Program-made: the position numbers and the translations under genes
Shown: positions 1 to 10,377 of the stretch, in pieces
Numbering within the stretch: position 1 is the stretch's first letter
Layout: every line of letters starts with the position of its first letter
The notes under the pieces: model-generated
What the model saw: the letters and a program-made list of their open reading frames with translations, nothing else
Told to the model about the DNA's origin: nothing
The model's database searches: none
Origin: Octopus sinensis
Taxonomy: Eukaryota
Direction: 5' to 3'
Length of the DNA: 64,000 nt
Assembly (NCBI RefSeq): GCF_006345805.1
Contig: NC_043010.1
Span: 248,001 to 312,000 of the forward strand

Positions 1-26
1 TATGTATTTGCAGGCATATTTGATTG
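1..26 (-). pseudogene. Helitron Rep fragment, continuation left of the Gypsy insertion
   Basis: Minus strand reads ...SIKYACKYI, continuing the CNSIKSI motif that ends at 4133 on the other side of the LTR element, across the GATTG TSD. Confidence 0.8.
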
Positions 27-284
27 TGTGGGATGACGTCAGCAGCTGGGGAGCTGACCGGAAGGGGCAGCGGTGACGCGCGCGCAGCGAGGGAGGATTC
101 TGCCTTTTCGAGTCAGGTCGCCTAGTGGGTAAGATGGGTCAGCACGTTGTTAGGTTTGGGAGAAGCAGCTGCTATCTCTAGCGTTCGGGTCGGGCTGTGT
201 TGAAGGATCCATACCGCTGAAGGGTCTCCATCTGAGCGAAGAGAAGGTAGGTGCCTTTATTTCGAATCTCTCGCACACACCACA
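27..284 (+). repeat. 5' LTR (258 bp)
   Basis: TGTGGGATG...CACACCACA; about 13 substitutions and 3 indels (one of 17 nt) versus the 3' LTR by manual alignment. Confidence 0.95.
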
Positions 285-296
285 AGCTATTTCGGC
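285..296 (+). promoter_or_regulatory. Putative non-canonical primer-binding site complementary to nt 1-12 of tRNA-Phe(GAA)
   Basis: AGCTATTTCGGC directly abuts the LTR end. Its reverse complement GCCGAAATAGCT equals the 5' end of the conserved metazoan tRNA-Phe (recalled sequence GCCGAAATAGCTCAGTTGGGAG...). No TGG-type PBS is present. Confidence 0.7.
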
Positions 297-319
297 ACTC
301 CATATAAGACGTCACCACA

Positions 320-1084
320 ATGGCAGCGAAAATCAGGATTGCCAGCGACATCATCAGACCCTTTAATGGTGAAGGCGATGTAGTGGTCTGGATTCGTAAA
401 ATCAGGGTAGTGGCAAGACTGCAAGGTATAAGCGATGTGGCAAGTCTTATGGCGCTGTATTTGGAAGGGAGCGCATTGACGCTATATCTTGAGATGGACG
501 AGGAAGAACGTCTGAGCGAGGAAAAGATAGAGCAACGTCTGAGGGATGCCTACACAGAGTGTGAATACACAGCTTTTGCTAAGCTGGGTACGATTAGATG
601 GACGGGAGGACAGGTGGACGAATACGCAGCAGAAGTCAGAAGGTTAGTGACGCTGGCTGGGTTTACAGGAGAAGGGCTGGAGAGAGCAGTGCGACTGGCG
701 TTTGTAAATGGGTTCCCCGACGATGTAGGGATTCACCTACAACGATTGCCCGGGATTAAAAAGATGGCACTGAGCGAACTTGTGACTCAAGCCCGCGTGT
801 TGACGCGACACTCTGGACAGAAGGCGATAGTGATGGCGGTGGCGGAGGGGAATAAAGACGGACGACGACTGGAGAAAGACGTACAGAAGCCTACCATGCA
901 ACGACAGCGGCCGTTCTCAGGTCGGTGTTTTAGATGTCAGGGGTCGCACATGGCGCAGGACAGTATGCAACCGTGGTCCGTTTGCCATCGATGCAAGCAG
1001 ACAGGGCATATCGCCCGTGATTGCGACCAGGGAAACGACCGCGGGGAAGTTGCTGCCTCTCGAACTTTCCCCACAAACGAGTAG
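320..1084 (+). CDS. gag: Gypsy Gag (254 aa) with C-terminal zinc knuckles
   Basis: Intact ORF 35 nt after the LTR; CFRCQGSHMAQDS (degenerate) and CHRCKQTGHIARDC CCHC knuckles. Confidence 0.9.
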   Translation: MAAKIRIASDIIRPFNGEGDVVVWIRKIRVVARLQGISDVASLMALYLEGSALTLYLEMDEEERLSEEKIEQRLRDAYTECEYTAFAKLGTIRWTGGQVDEYAAEVRRLVTLAGFTGEGLERAVRLAFVNGFPDDVGIHLQRLPGIKKMALSELVTQARVLTRHSGQKAIVMAVAEGNKDGRRLEKDVQKPTMQRQRPFSGRCFRCQGSHMAQDSMQPWSVCHRCKQTGHIARDCDQGNDRGEVAASRTFPTNE

Positions 1085-1088
1085 AGGC
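1030..1088 (+). promoter_or_regulatory. -1 programmed ribosomal frameshift signal (gag/pol)
   Basis: G GGA AAC heptamer (1030-1036) in gag frame; 6-nt spacer; stem GGGGAAGTT (1043-1051) / AACTTTCCCC (1063-1072); loop GCCTCT (1055-1060) complementary to AGAGGC (1083-1088). pol ORF is in the -1 frame. Confidence 0.8.
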
Positions 1089-3824
1089 GCTATTGGAGAC
1101 GCTGCCATTAATTGACGTGGAGGCCGAGGGGAAGACGTTCAAGGCCCTCGTGGATATGGGCTGTACGACCACCCTTGTGACTTCAAGGGTGACGAAGAAA
1201 TGGAACGGGGCAAGTAGTGTCCGGGCGGTCGACGGCAGCGAAATCCGTTGCAGAGGCAGCAGCAAGGTAGAGATAGTGGTGCGTGGCGCGACACTAAGGC
1301 TGCAGGTAATTGTGGCTGAACGCGTGATAGATGGGGTTGATGTGGTGATGGGGATGGACGCCATCAACCGCCTCGGTGGCGTCAGTATTGTGGGAGATGA
1401 GGTCACGTTCGGAAGCGTGGGGGCATCGTGCACTGCGAGACAGGATCGCCAGAGAGAGCAGATCCCCGCGAGGGACTGCGCCGCTTACACCATCGAGGAC
1501 AAAGACTTTCAGGTGGCGTTCGATGGTCAGCGGTGGATGATAGAGTGGCGATGGAAGGACGAGCCCCCGATGCTGAAAAACAGAGTGAGCTGTTACCAGC
1601 ATACCCTGAAAGGCCACGCCAGGGTTTAGTTTGAAGACGAGGTGGAGAGGTGGATCGAGGAAGGGGTCCTTGTCCCTTGGGAGGAGGAGGTAGCGGGCGG
1701 TGCTACCCCTGATGGCGGTGGTGCCTCTACGAAGGGAAAAGTCAGACCGGTGCTGGACTTCAGGGAGCTAAACCAGCATATATCGTGTCACACGGGAGGT
1801 GAGGCGACAGACGTTTGTGGCGAGACGTTACGTGTGTGGAGACGGTCGACCAAGGCAGCGACGATTGTCGACTTGAAATCAGCATACTTGCAGCTCCATG
1901 TGAGCGACAAACTGTGGCGATATCAGCTGGTGCGGTACAAAGGCCGGACGTACTGTTTAACCAGGCTGGGTTTCGGCTGAATTCCGCTCCGAAGATCATG
2001 GCGGCAGTGCTTAAGTCCGTCCTAGGGAAAGACGGCAAGATTAGAAAGGCCACCAGCTCCTACATTGATGACATTTTGGTGGACGAAACTGTAGCGCCAG
2101 CCAACGAGGTAGTTAGACATCTGGAGAAGTTGGGACTGATTGAGAAGCCACCGGAGTCGATGGAAGGAGGAGCCGCGCTGGGGCTGAAGCTGCGAAGAGA
2201 TAGATCGGGTGAATTGGTGTTCTGGAGAGGGAATGAAATCCCAGAGCTGAGTTCCAGCGTCGCTGGATGGCTGCGCACGGCGTGCAGTTACATCAAGAGA
2301 CGAGCGGAGGGGGAGAGTTGGAGCGACAAGGTGGGAGAAGGGACGGTGGCGATGATGCAGGAAATCCGAGAGAGGACGAGAGCGGAAGACCCGGTCAGGG
2401 GGAACTGATACGTGCCCAAGACGGAATGCGGGACCGTCTGGTGTGATGCTAGCAGTATAGCGATAGGGGTTGTGTTGGCAATCGAAGGGGCTGCGGTGGA
2501 GGACGCGGCCTGGCTTCGGAAAGCAGATGACTTCAACCACATCAATGTCGTTGAATTAGACGCGGTGCTGAAAGGGCTGAACTTGGCCCTGAAATGGGGG
2601 CTGCGCACAATTGAAATCCGGATGGATTCGGCCACTGTGCTTGGCTGGGTAGGATCAGTGATCACCGGTGAAAGGAGAGTGCGGACGAAAGGTGCCGCGG
2701 AGATGTTAGTGAAGCGCCGTCTAGGAGTTCTAGGTGAATTGATCACCGAGTTCGGACTGAAGCTGAATGTGGTTTTCGTGCCTTCGGAGAAAAACAGGGC
2801 GGACACACTGACCAGGGTGAAAAGAGCGTGGTTGGAAGAACCGGAGGAGGCCCGGAAAGGGATAGCTGTGGCGTGTCGGTTGGATGACTCTGAACTGAAG
2901 AGACTGCATGCTATGCATCACCTGGGTGTGGACAGGTCCCTGTATCTGGCGAAGAAAGTTGATGCTGACGTCACTAGGAGAAGCATCCGGAAAGTGGTCG
3001 GGAGCTGCGACAGGTGTCAGTCCATCGACCCTGCTCCGTGTGGGCATGAGCAGGGAAACCTTTCGGTGGAGCACAACTGGAAAAGACTAGCTGTGGATGT
3101 GACGCGCTACCGTCAGGGAATGTATCTCCCCATGGTGGACTGCGGGCCGGGCCGGCTGGCCATTTGGAGGGAGTTGAGAACGGGCATTGCTGACGAGATC
3201 GCGCAGATCTTGAACGGGATATTTTTAGAGAGAGGTCCCGTGGAAGAACTGCTGATGGACAACGGGGCGGCGTTTCGTTCGGAAGCATTGAGGGTTATGC
3301 TTGAGCGGTGGAAGGTGCGTCGCTTGTTCAGAGCAGCGTATAGGCCGAGCGGTAACGGGATCGTAGAGAGGCACCATCGGACAGTCAAGGCCATAGCGGA
3401 AAGAGGGCACATTTCGCCACTTGAAGCAGTTTTTTGGTACAACTTGTCTCCTCAATCCGGACAAGCTGAAGAATCTGTGCCGCAGAGAGTTGTATTTAAA
3501 TATGAATGGAGGCACCTGAGCAAAGCGCCGGAGGGCCACGAGGAAGAGAAGGGACCCGTTTGCATGAAAATAGGGGAGGAAGTCTGGCTTAAGCCACCAA
3601 AGGCGCGCTGTACGTCTCAATGGAGCAGAGGAACGGTGACGGCGGTCAATTCCAAAAACAACGTCTCCGTGGATGGGATGCCACGACACGTCTTGGACCT
3701 TCGCAGGATTGTCGCTTCGACAGACGACGATTGTGGAGAGGAGGAGAACAAGGTGCCCAGCTTGAGAAGATCTCGACGCGCAAGGCGCCCTCCCGGTTGG
3801 ATGGTGGACTACGACATGGAGTAG
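1030..3824 (+). pseudogene. pol: Gypsy pol (protease, RT, RNase H, integrase), broken by stops/frameshifts near 1630, 1975 and 2405
   Basis: ALVDMGCTT (PR); VRPVLDFRELN, DLKSAYLQ, YIDDI (RT); CDASSIAIGVVL, ELDAV (RNase H); HHLG..CDRC, LAVDVT, MDNG, NGIVERHHRT (IN). Confidence 0.92.
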
Positions 3825-3840
3825 AGAGATTGTGATCTTT

Positions 3841-3855
3841 AAGATCAGGGTGGAG
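3841..3855 (+). promoter_or_regulatory. Polypurine tract
   Basis: AAGATCAGGGTGGAG immediately before the 3' LTR TG. Confidence 0.75.
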
Positions 3856-4132
3856 TGTGTGATGACGTCAACAGCTGGGCAGCTGACTGGAACTTAGGGT
3901 TGACCGGAAGGGGCAGCGGTGACGTGCACGCAGCGAGGGAGGATTCTGCCTTTTCGAGTCAGGTCGCCTAGCGGGTAAGACGAGTCAGCACGCTATTATG
4001 GTTTGGGAGAAGAAGCTGCTATCTCTAGCGTTCGGGTCGGGCTGTGTTGAAGGATCCATTACCGCTGAAGGGTCTCCATCTGAGCGAAGAGAAGGTAGGG
4101 GCCTTTATTTCGAATCTCTCGCATACACCACA
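3856..4132 (+). repeat. 3' LTR (277 bp)
   Basis: Direct repeat of 27-284, followed by TSD GATTG. Confidence 0.95.
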
Positions 4133-4920
4133 GATTGATTTGATGGAATTACAAAATTCAACGTTGATATGCGCTTTAAATGTCTCTGAAAGAAGCAGAC
4201 AGTAAGGTACTATCCATCTATTGTCAGCTTCAAATTTCCCTATGGTTAAGGTCGAGCCTCTGTCGCATGGCTTCCTGCACCTATACAGAAGGTACCCGTT
4301 TTGAGCAGCTTGAGTATGGGACACGAATTTTTTTGGATAATTCTCAGAGCATACACCATTTATCAAGCAATCTTTCCTTGTGTAGGCAAACCCACAAGGG
4401 CCATGGAGCATATTAGACTTCACTATCAACGCCCGGATCAGGTATTTCAGCAAAAATTAGCCTGTCTATGCCATTTGTATTTATTTTCTGACTTAACCAT
4501 AGAAGTGTGTGTACGTGAGGCATGTCCCTCTTTTGCCACTCAATAGTGAACATGAAGCTTTTAACATGGCCAAATATTTGGCCATTGGTGAAGAGGTCCT
4601 TGAATTTAAGTAGTTCAAGTCTAAAAACTCTCGCAATGACATCAGGCTTATCATGGGCTTGTTGACCTGGCTGAAGACTCACTTATATTTCATTCCACCT
4701 GGCATTACAAGTGAAGGTAATGAAAAGGTCGGGCCCACTGTAGTGCCGAACGTAAATCATGGTGTCTTACGTACATTCGTGCATATATATAGGACTACCA
4801 GTAAAGGAAGACGTAAGTATGCACAATTGGCCTATCCTTCCAGGGGCAACATCGTTATTGATGCTATCCTTGAGATGGATGTACTTTGCAGCTCGTAGCT
4901 TTGCCTGATTGAATAGTAGC
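4133..4920 (-). pseudogene. Helitron RepHel (Rep/HUH region) fragment, degraded
   Basis: NQAKLRAAKYIHLKD, TIEWQKRDMPHVHTLLW (HUH motif), MLHGPCG, DNRWIVPY..L..FKAHINVEFCNS are Helitron Rep motifs. Confidence 0.9.
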
Positions 4921-5200
4921 AGTCTAAGTAAGTGAGTTAGTTAAAAAAGAAATGGAAGAAAGCAGCCTGAATGTTGGGTATGTAAGTGCCTGATTAAAGG
5001 ACGAAGTAAATGGTTCAATGCAGGAATGTGGTTGGTGGGGTCAAGCCCATTCCACGTCCATTCATTTTTTTCATTTTCATCCGAAATTATAATGCATTTA
5101 TTCATCTATGTAATCACATCCAATAAGTGCTCGACCCCTATTTGCCCGTGTATTCTCCCCTCTTTGTTTAACCCTTGTGGTTTGAATAAAATCATCGTGC
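4917..5200 (+). mobile_element. Short Tx1/L1-like remnant (terminal motif, endonuclease-like start, AATAAA tail)
   Basis: TAGCAGTCTAAGTAAGTGAGTTAGTT is shared with 19342; followed by MEESSLNVGYVS (APE N-terminus-like) and a tail ending GAATAAAAT. Confidence 0.4.
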
Positions 5201-5209
5201 TAGTTCCAC

Positions 5210-7063
5210 TTTGTGTTAAAAAGCGTATTTGTAGTAAGTCACTCTGTTAAATTAATTGCTGTATTGTTGAATTGCTGTTTATTCTACTTGTTTTGTGTTG
5301 AACAACACTTTGTTTTGCTGCCTTACAGCAGTTTTATTGACGTGTTCCCTCTTGTTTGAAGAGGGTAGCATAGTTTTAAAAAATGGAGTACGAAAATCTG
5401 AGTTCTTCCGAGGAAGAACTGCTGAAAGCAATTTCTGTGAAAGACAAAACAGAAGAAAAAATTAACTTTGCGACCGTGACCAAAAGCCACGACAAAGAAA
5501 TTGATGTAAAGGAACTTAGTAAATACAAGAATATGCTTCGTAGGGAGAGGCACAACATAACGGTGTCCTCTCCCGCAAGAAGTATTACAGAAAACCAAAG
5601 AAAAGAAATGATAATCTATGGAACTTAATCTGTCAAAATCAAGAAAATCGACTGAATGACTACAAATCAAATTGAAAAGGCGTTAAAACCCATCTGGCAG
5701 AGAATTTCTTACCTTGCCAGAGGAAGAGAGTTTGGAACGGTAGAGGTACTGTTCCGAGATGAAGCAACTGCCAGGCTACACTCGGAAACCCCCTTAAAAA
5801 CTGACGAGGTGGTACTTCTGCCCATATACCATGGAAGACGTGTAGAAGACATACCCCCGGAAATAAATGTGGCTTGGCTAGTGGCTGCTAAACTGCTGGG
5901 CATGCAAAAAAAGATAGTGGCCCTCCAAGCTACCAGAACTCCACATAAAAATTGGCAAGGGCAGAGCCTGGATATGGTAATCCAGGCAGCCCTGGAGAAC
6001 CTAGAAAATATGGTAGAAACCATTACACTCAAAGATGTAATACTCAGGCTTAGAGAGGAGAACAGGATCCCTTGTTGTTGCAAATGTGGCCAAAAAGGCC
6101 ACATTAGAGTGGAATTTCCTCCACCGCCCGTAAAGTCACAAGAGGCACCTGTGATCGTAAAAGAAACTGCACCTCCACCGCCGGTGAGAACCAGCGGAAG
6201 AGAGATCAGCACAGAGGAAGGAGGAGAAAATAAAACCAAAGACAGGTGGGAAACTGCAGGAAAGAAGAGCAGAAAGAGGAAAAAAAAGGCACAATCTGTA
6301 AATGATAACCCCCATCCCACATCCACCCGACTCCCACTTAGACCCACACTGCTCCACCCTTCTCCTGCAGACACTAACCTTCATCCTACCCCTTCTGACA
6401 CTGACAAATTAACCACAAGCGCACAATCTTTTCGGTTTGAACGGCAGTTTTTTCTAGCGGTGTCATATGAAATTGTCACCCATAATTATGACCCTAGTAT
6501 CGATCTATTGCATTTCAATCTGTTTTAGGGTTAGGGTAAGGGGTGGGGGAAGGGTATTTTTTTTTCTTCACAAATGTAAAAAAACCCAATCTGTTTCTTA
6601 AACGAGGGACATATTCATACGGCACAGAATGTTTTTTACCTCAATAGACGTCAGTGATTGGTTGAAATTGCAGAAATTGAAGAAAGACAACAAATATCTT
6701 ACAAACTATAGAATTTTCTCAATAAAGCCAAGAGAAAAAGATGTTTTATAAACACATTCTACCGGTATACGAAGTTTAAAATTTTTTAGTTACCTAGAAA
6801 TTATGTTAAAAACTGCCGTTCAAACCGAAAAGATCTGCAAAAGAAAATCAACACCAGTTGTATACTAACAACGGTAGATTACAACGAACTTCTTAAAGAC
6901 TTTAATATAGACATTCTATGTGGTGAATAAGGTTTAAAAGTGTTTTGAAATAAGTAAATTATCGGGTATAACAAAGCCCGGATGTGGGGCCTAGTGGTTT
7001 CATTTCATTTTCCATTTCATTATTTAATTAATCCTTTTCATTCGATTTTTTTTTGTCCCCACT
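5210..7063 (+). mobile_element. ORF1-only L1/Tx1-type non-LTR element, copy 1 (ORF1 pieces 5383-5628, 5656-6420, 6840-6930)
   Basis: GREFGTVEV, LLPIYHGRR, CCKCGQKGHIRVEFP knuckle, homologous to ORFs at 33879 and 35764; no ORF2; ends in TTTTTGTCCCCACT, shared with the tail at 35476. Confidence 0.7.
6426..6834. mobile_element. MITE (409 bp) with 27-bp terminal inverted repeats, interrupting ORF1
   Basis: ATCTTTTCGGTTTGAACGGCAGTTTTT at 6426 and its exact reverse complement at 6808-6834; internal TTAGGGTTAGGG; no clear TSD. Confidence 0.85.
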
Positions 7064-7116
7064 TTTGTATTTTCGTCTGTTGCAGTGTATTCGTTTATCC
7101 ATAAAGATATAACATC

Positions 7117-7129
7117 TGGCGACGAGGAT
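7117..7129 (+). promoter_or_regulatory. Canonical PBS, tRNA-Ser(GCT)-like
   Basis: TGGCGACGAGGAT, 2 nt after the LTR end (...ATAACA); complementary to the recalled 3' end ATCCTCGTCGCCA of tRNA-Ser(GCT). Confidence 0.8.
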
Positions 7130-7507
7130 CGTTCGAAACTCACATTGGTTATTTGACAATTTTTGCGTCATGGAAAATCTATTAGCCGCAGTAGTACAGA
7201 TTCAAGAGAAGCAACAGGAACGACTACAGGAATTGCAAATACAAATACAACAACAACAATACCAGTAACAACAACAACAATTAACTGAGTTACAGTCGGT
7301 GAAGTCCGACGGCGTGGCTAACAAAATTTCTGAATTTACGTATAATCCGGAGGAGGATATTACGTTTCCCGTGTATTACAGAAGATACGAGGAAATTTTT
7401 AACAACGAGTGCAAGTCATAGTCGGAGGAGCAGAAAGTAAGGCTTTTACTACTCAAAGTAGCTCTTGCCGAACACGAGCATTACTGTAACTTTATCCATA
7501 AGGATAT

Positions 7508-8493
7508 TGTTATGAGTAGGTCAATTCGGGAAACAAATGCTATGACCTACTTTGCTCGTTGTAGTCTGAAAGTCTGGAATACAAAGTTATTGTCCTTTGT
7601 TCCGTCAGATTCTGGAAGGATTAATGAGTTTTGAGGCGACCTTTGGCCTTGTGCCGGTCAGGGAAAGTTCGAGGAAGCTACCCTTTAAAAAGCGAACGAG
7701 CTGTGAGTTTGGGACAGTCGGCCGGCAGCTCTAGCAGAGACGGGACTGATACGGGGGTGGTCAGTTGAGAAAGACAGACAGACAATGTGAGGGATGACAA
7801 GGAGAGAATGACGGTGAATGTGAAAGAGGAGGACAGGCGGATAGGATTACCGCGAGAGGCGGCGACAGCGTAGAGGAAGACAGACAGACAGATAAGATTA
7901 AGGAGCTAAGAGAGAGGGACTACGGTATGAGGGCACTGGCTATTGTGTAAAGACATTGTGAAAAGAACGTAACGGTATGTGTTTATTTATGCTTTGATAT
8001 GTGGAAAAAAAAAGAAGGAAAAAGAAAGAACAGTGCTAAAAGAAAAAGAAAGAACTGTTAAAGAAAGAAGGAGAAAAACTCTAATGTAGACTTTAAAGAA
8101 CTTTGAACTGTATCGTTAATGTGAACGTTATTTGTTTTAATTGATCTGAACTGTATATTGAATCTGCATGCTTTAATTTGATTGCACGTATGTTCTTTAA
8201 TGTATACCTGATGTATCTTTGATTTATTTGATGTTGTAATAATTGTATAAACTGTTGTTAAATGTAGCCAATTGCCTTCCGCCGTCTCTCTCTGTATCTC
8301 TTCCTGTTGTTGTTATCTCCGTTCGCCGGTCTTGCCGTGTTCGCTGCCGCCTTTCCCCCCACCGAATTCTCTCTCTCCCCGAGTCCGTGGCGAATTCACC
8401 GATCGATCGGGCCGGTAAATCGTCGTCGCTCGACTTGGTAGGGTCCCGGGTTTTTTCCCGAAGAGTTTGAGCGACGGCAGGTGGTTCGTAACA
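7508..8493 (+). mobile_element. Solo LTR (986 bp) of another family
   Basis: TGTTATGA...TCGTAACA termini; 4-bp TSD ATAT. Removing it restores a second copy of the Mag U5-PBS junction. Confidence 0.75.
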
Positions 8494-9730
8494 ATATAAT
8501 ATCTGGCGAGGAGGATCGTTCGAAACACACATTGGTTTTGACAATTTCTGCGTCATGGAACTGCTTTTTTTGTGATAGAAGTTCATTATTCAACACCAGA
8601 ATGGAGTGTTGAAACAACAAAAAATGAGGAGGAGGATTTTATCACCAACACCAGAGCAGTCAACCGTATGTGCGAAAATTTCAAACTCCAGGAATCTCAC
8701 TCATGATATGGTCAAATCACTTATCTTCGTGCAAGGACTTATAGCCCCTGAAGATAGAGAAATTCTGACCAGGATTTTTTCGAATGTGGAGCAAGCGAAC
8801 CAGGATTTATCTCTACAGACCATCTTAAACACGATGTGAAAAAATACAAGATAAAAACTTTGCGAAAATTCAAATGCATCTCGGGAAGCACAATAAAAAA
8901 ATGTCAGGCCCCAATCCGTGTTATGGTTGTGGAGACCTACACGTCAAAAAGGATTGTCCATTTAAAAACAAAAAGTGCTATAGTTGTCAGAAACTGGGAC
9001 ACATGAGTTCTCACTGTAGAACAAGACTACGAGCTCGAACACAAAAAGTTCTAAGGTGTTTACAGCGAAGACTGATTGCGACGGAAAAAAGAAAATTTGT
9101 GCTCGTAAAAATAAATGATGTGAATACCAAATTACAGTTAGACTCTGGTAGTGACATCTCGATTATAAATGCGGATACTTGGAAAAAGTTGGTAAACCGA
9201 GATTACGTAAAACAGCGAAAATAGCGTGTGGTGTAACAGGCAATAAATTTCATTTCATGGGCAAAACATGTACTGATGTCACATTTCGAGAAGAGACACG
9301 CGAAGCAAAATTATTCGTTGTGGATAATACAATCAATCTGTTTGGCACAGATTGGTTAGAACTATTCGGTTTATGGCACCTCCCCATAAATCCTTACTGC
9401 AATAACATAAATGGTTGTTCCGTTTAAAAACAAGTCTTCGGAACTGCTGATGAAAAAATTGAAAAGAAAATGTTCTCGTAAGTGTTATCAGAGGATTTAA
9501 GTCTATGAAGAAAGGCGAAGATCTATTTCCAAGTAAGTGAAAACGCTATACCTGTATTTAAAGCAAGCAGAGAAGTACCGTTTGCAACAATTGAAACCTT
9601 AAATGAAGAGTTGGACAAACTCGAAAAGAGTGGAGTCATCAAAAAGGTGGATTGCTCGAAGAGGGCGGCACCCACGGTATGTATTTTGAAAAGAATAATA
9701 AGATCAGGCTGTGTGCAGATTTCTCTACAG

Positions 9731-10377
9731 CAGTGGTACTCTAACTGGAATCCACGGTCCCCTGGGGGACCGCGAAGGGATGCTGAAGTATCGTGAAAAC
9801 GGGTGGGTTGCGACAGTTAAGTTACAAAATTTCAGGACTTTTAGCTTTTCGCATGTTATCATCCTTTTTTGTCGTTGGCCTCAAAAACCCACGCCACTCC
9901 TAATCGCTCATTTGCTAATCACACTTGTTATACAACAAGTGTGATTGGCCGATTGAAAATATGCGAGTATAACTGTTGATCGTGCATGTGCTGTCGGTAT
10001 TCAACTCTCACATGATTCACCACTCCACTATTGCAGTTCACACATTTGCATGTCTCTTGCCGTCGTTATCCTCATCGGTGCATGTTCCAGCATGACTGTG
10101 CACTTTGCCAGACACCAATTCTCATCCCGCATGGTGGCTGGGCTTTATGCGAAATAAACATGTGATGTAGTTATATTAAATTGGTTTACTGAATTTTATC
10201 TTTTTTATAATGCCGTCAGGAGATATGCCGAATGAGATATGAGCGGTTCATAGTCCGGAAATTATAGTACATGAATGCATATAATTTTTTCCATGTTGAT
10301 TACCCTGCATTTTATAAGGGGCCGTGAATCCTCGAAAAAACTAAGGGGACTGTCACGTAAATCTTTTTGAATCACTG
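9731..10377. mobile_element. Non-autonomous hAT (Charlie/Buster-like) element in the Mag RT
   Basis: CAGTGGT.../...AATCACTG termini; 8-bp TSD CTCTACAG/TTCTACAG with central TA. Removal restores RT CADFSTGLN. Confidence 0.85.

Larger units (their letters stand above)
27..4132 (+). mobile_element. Full-length compact Ty3/Gypsy LTR retrotransposon (4106 bp) with mutated pol
   Basis: Two LTRs with TG...CA ends; 5-bp TSD GATTG at 22-26 and 4133-4137; domain order gag-PR-RT-RNaseH-IN; polypurine tract before the 3' LTR. Confidence 0.96.

Noticed and set aside
285-319. Tf1-like self-priming for the first Gypsy element
   Set aside because: I found no LTR R/U5 segment complementary to the sequence abutting the LTR; the tRNA-Phe 5' match explains it better.
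6524-6545. Telomeric or interstitial telomere array (TTAGGG)
   Set aside because: Only about two units, internal to a TIR-bounded MITE.
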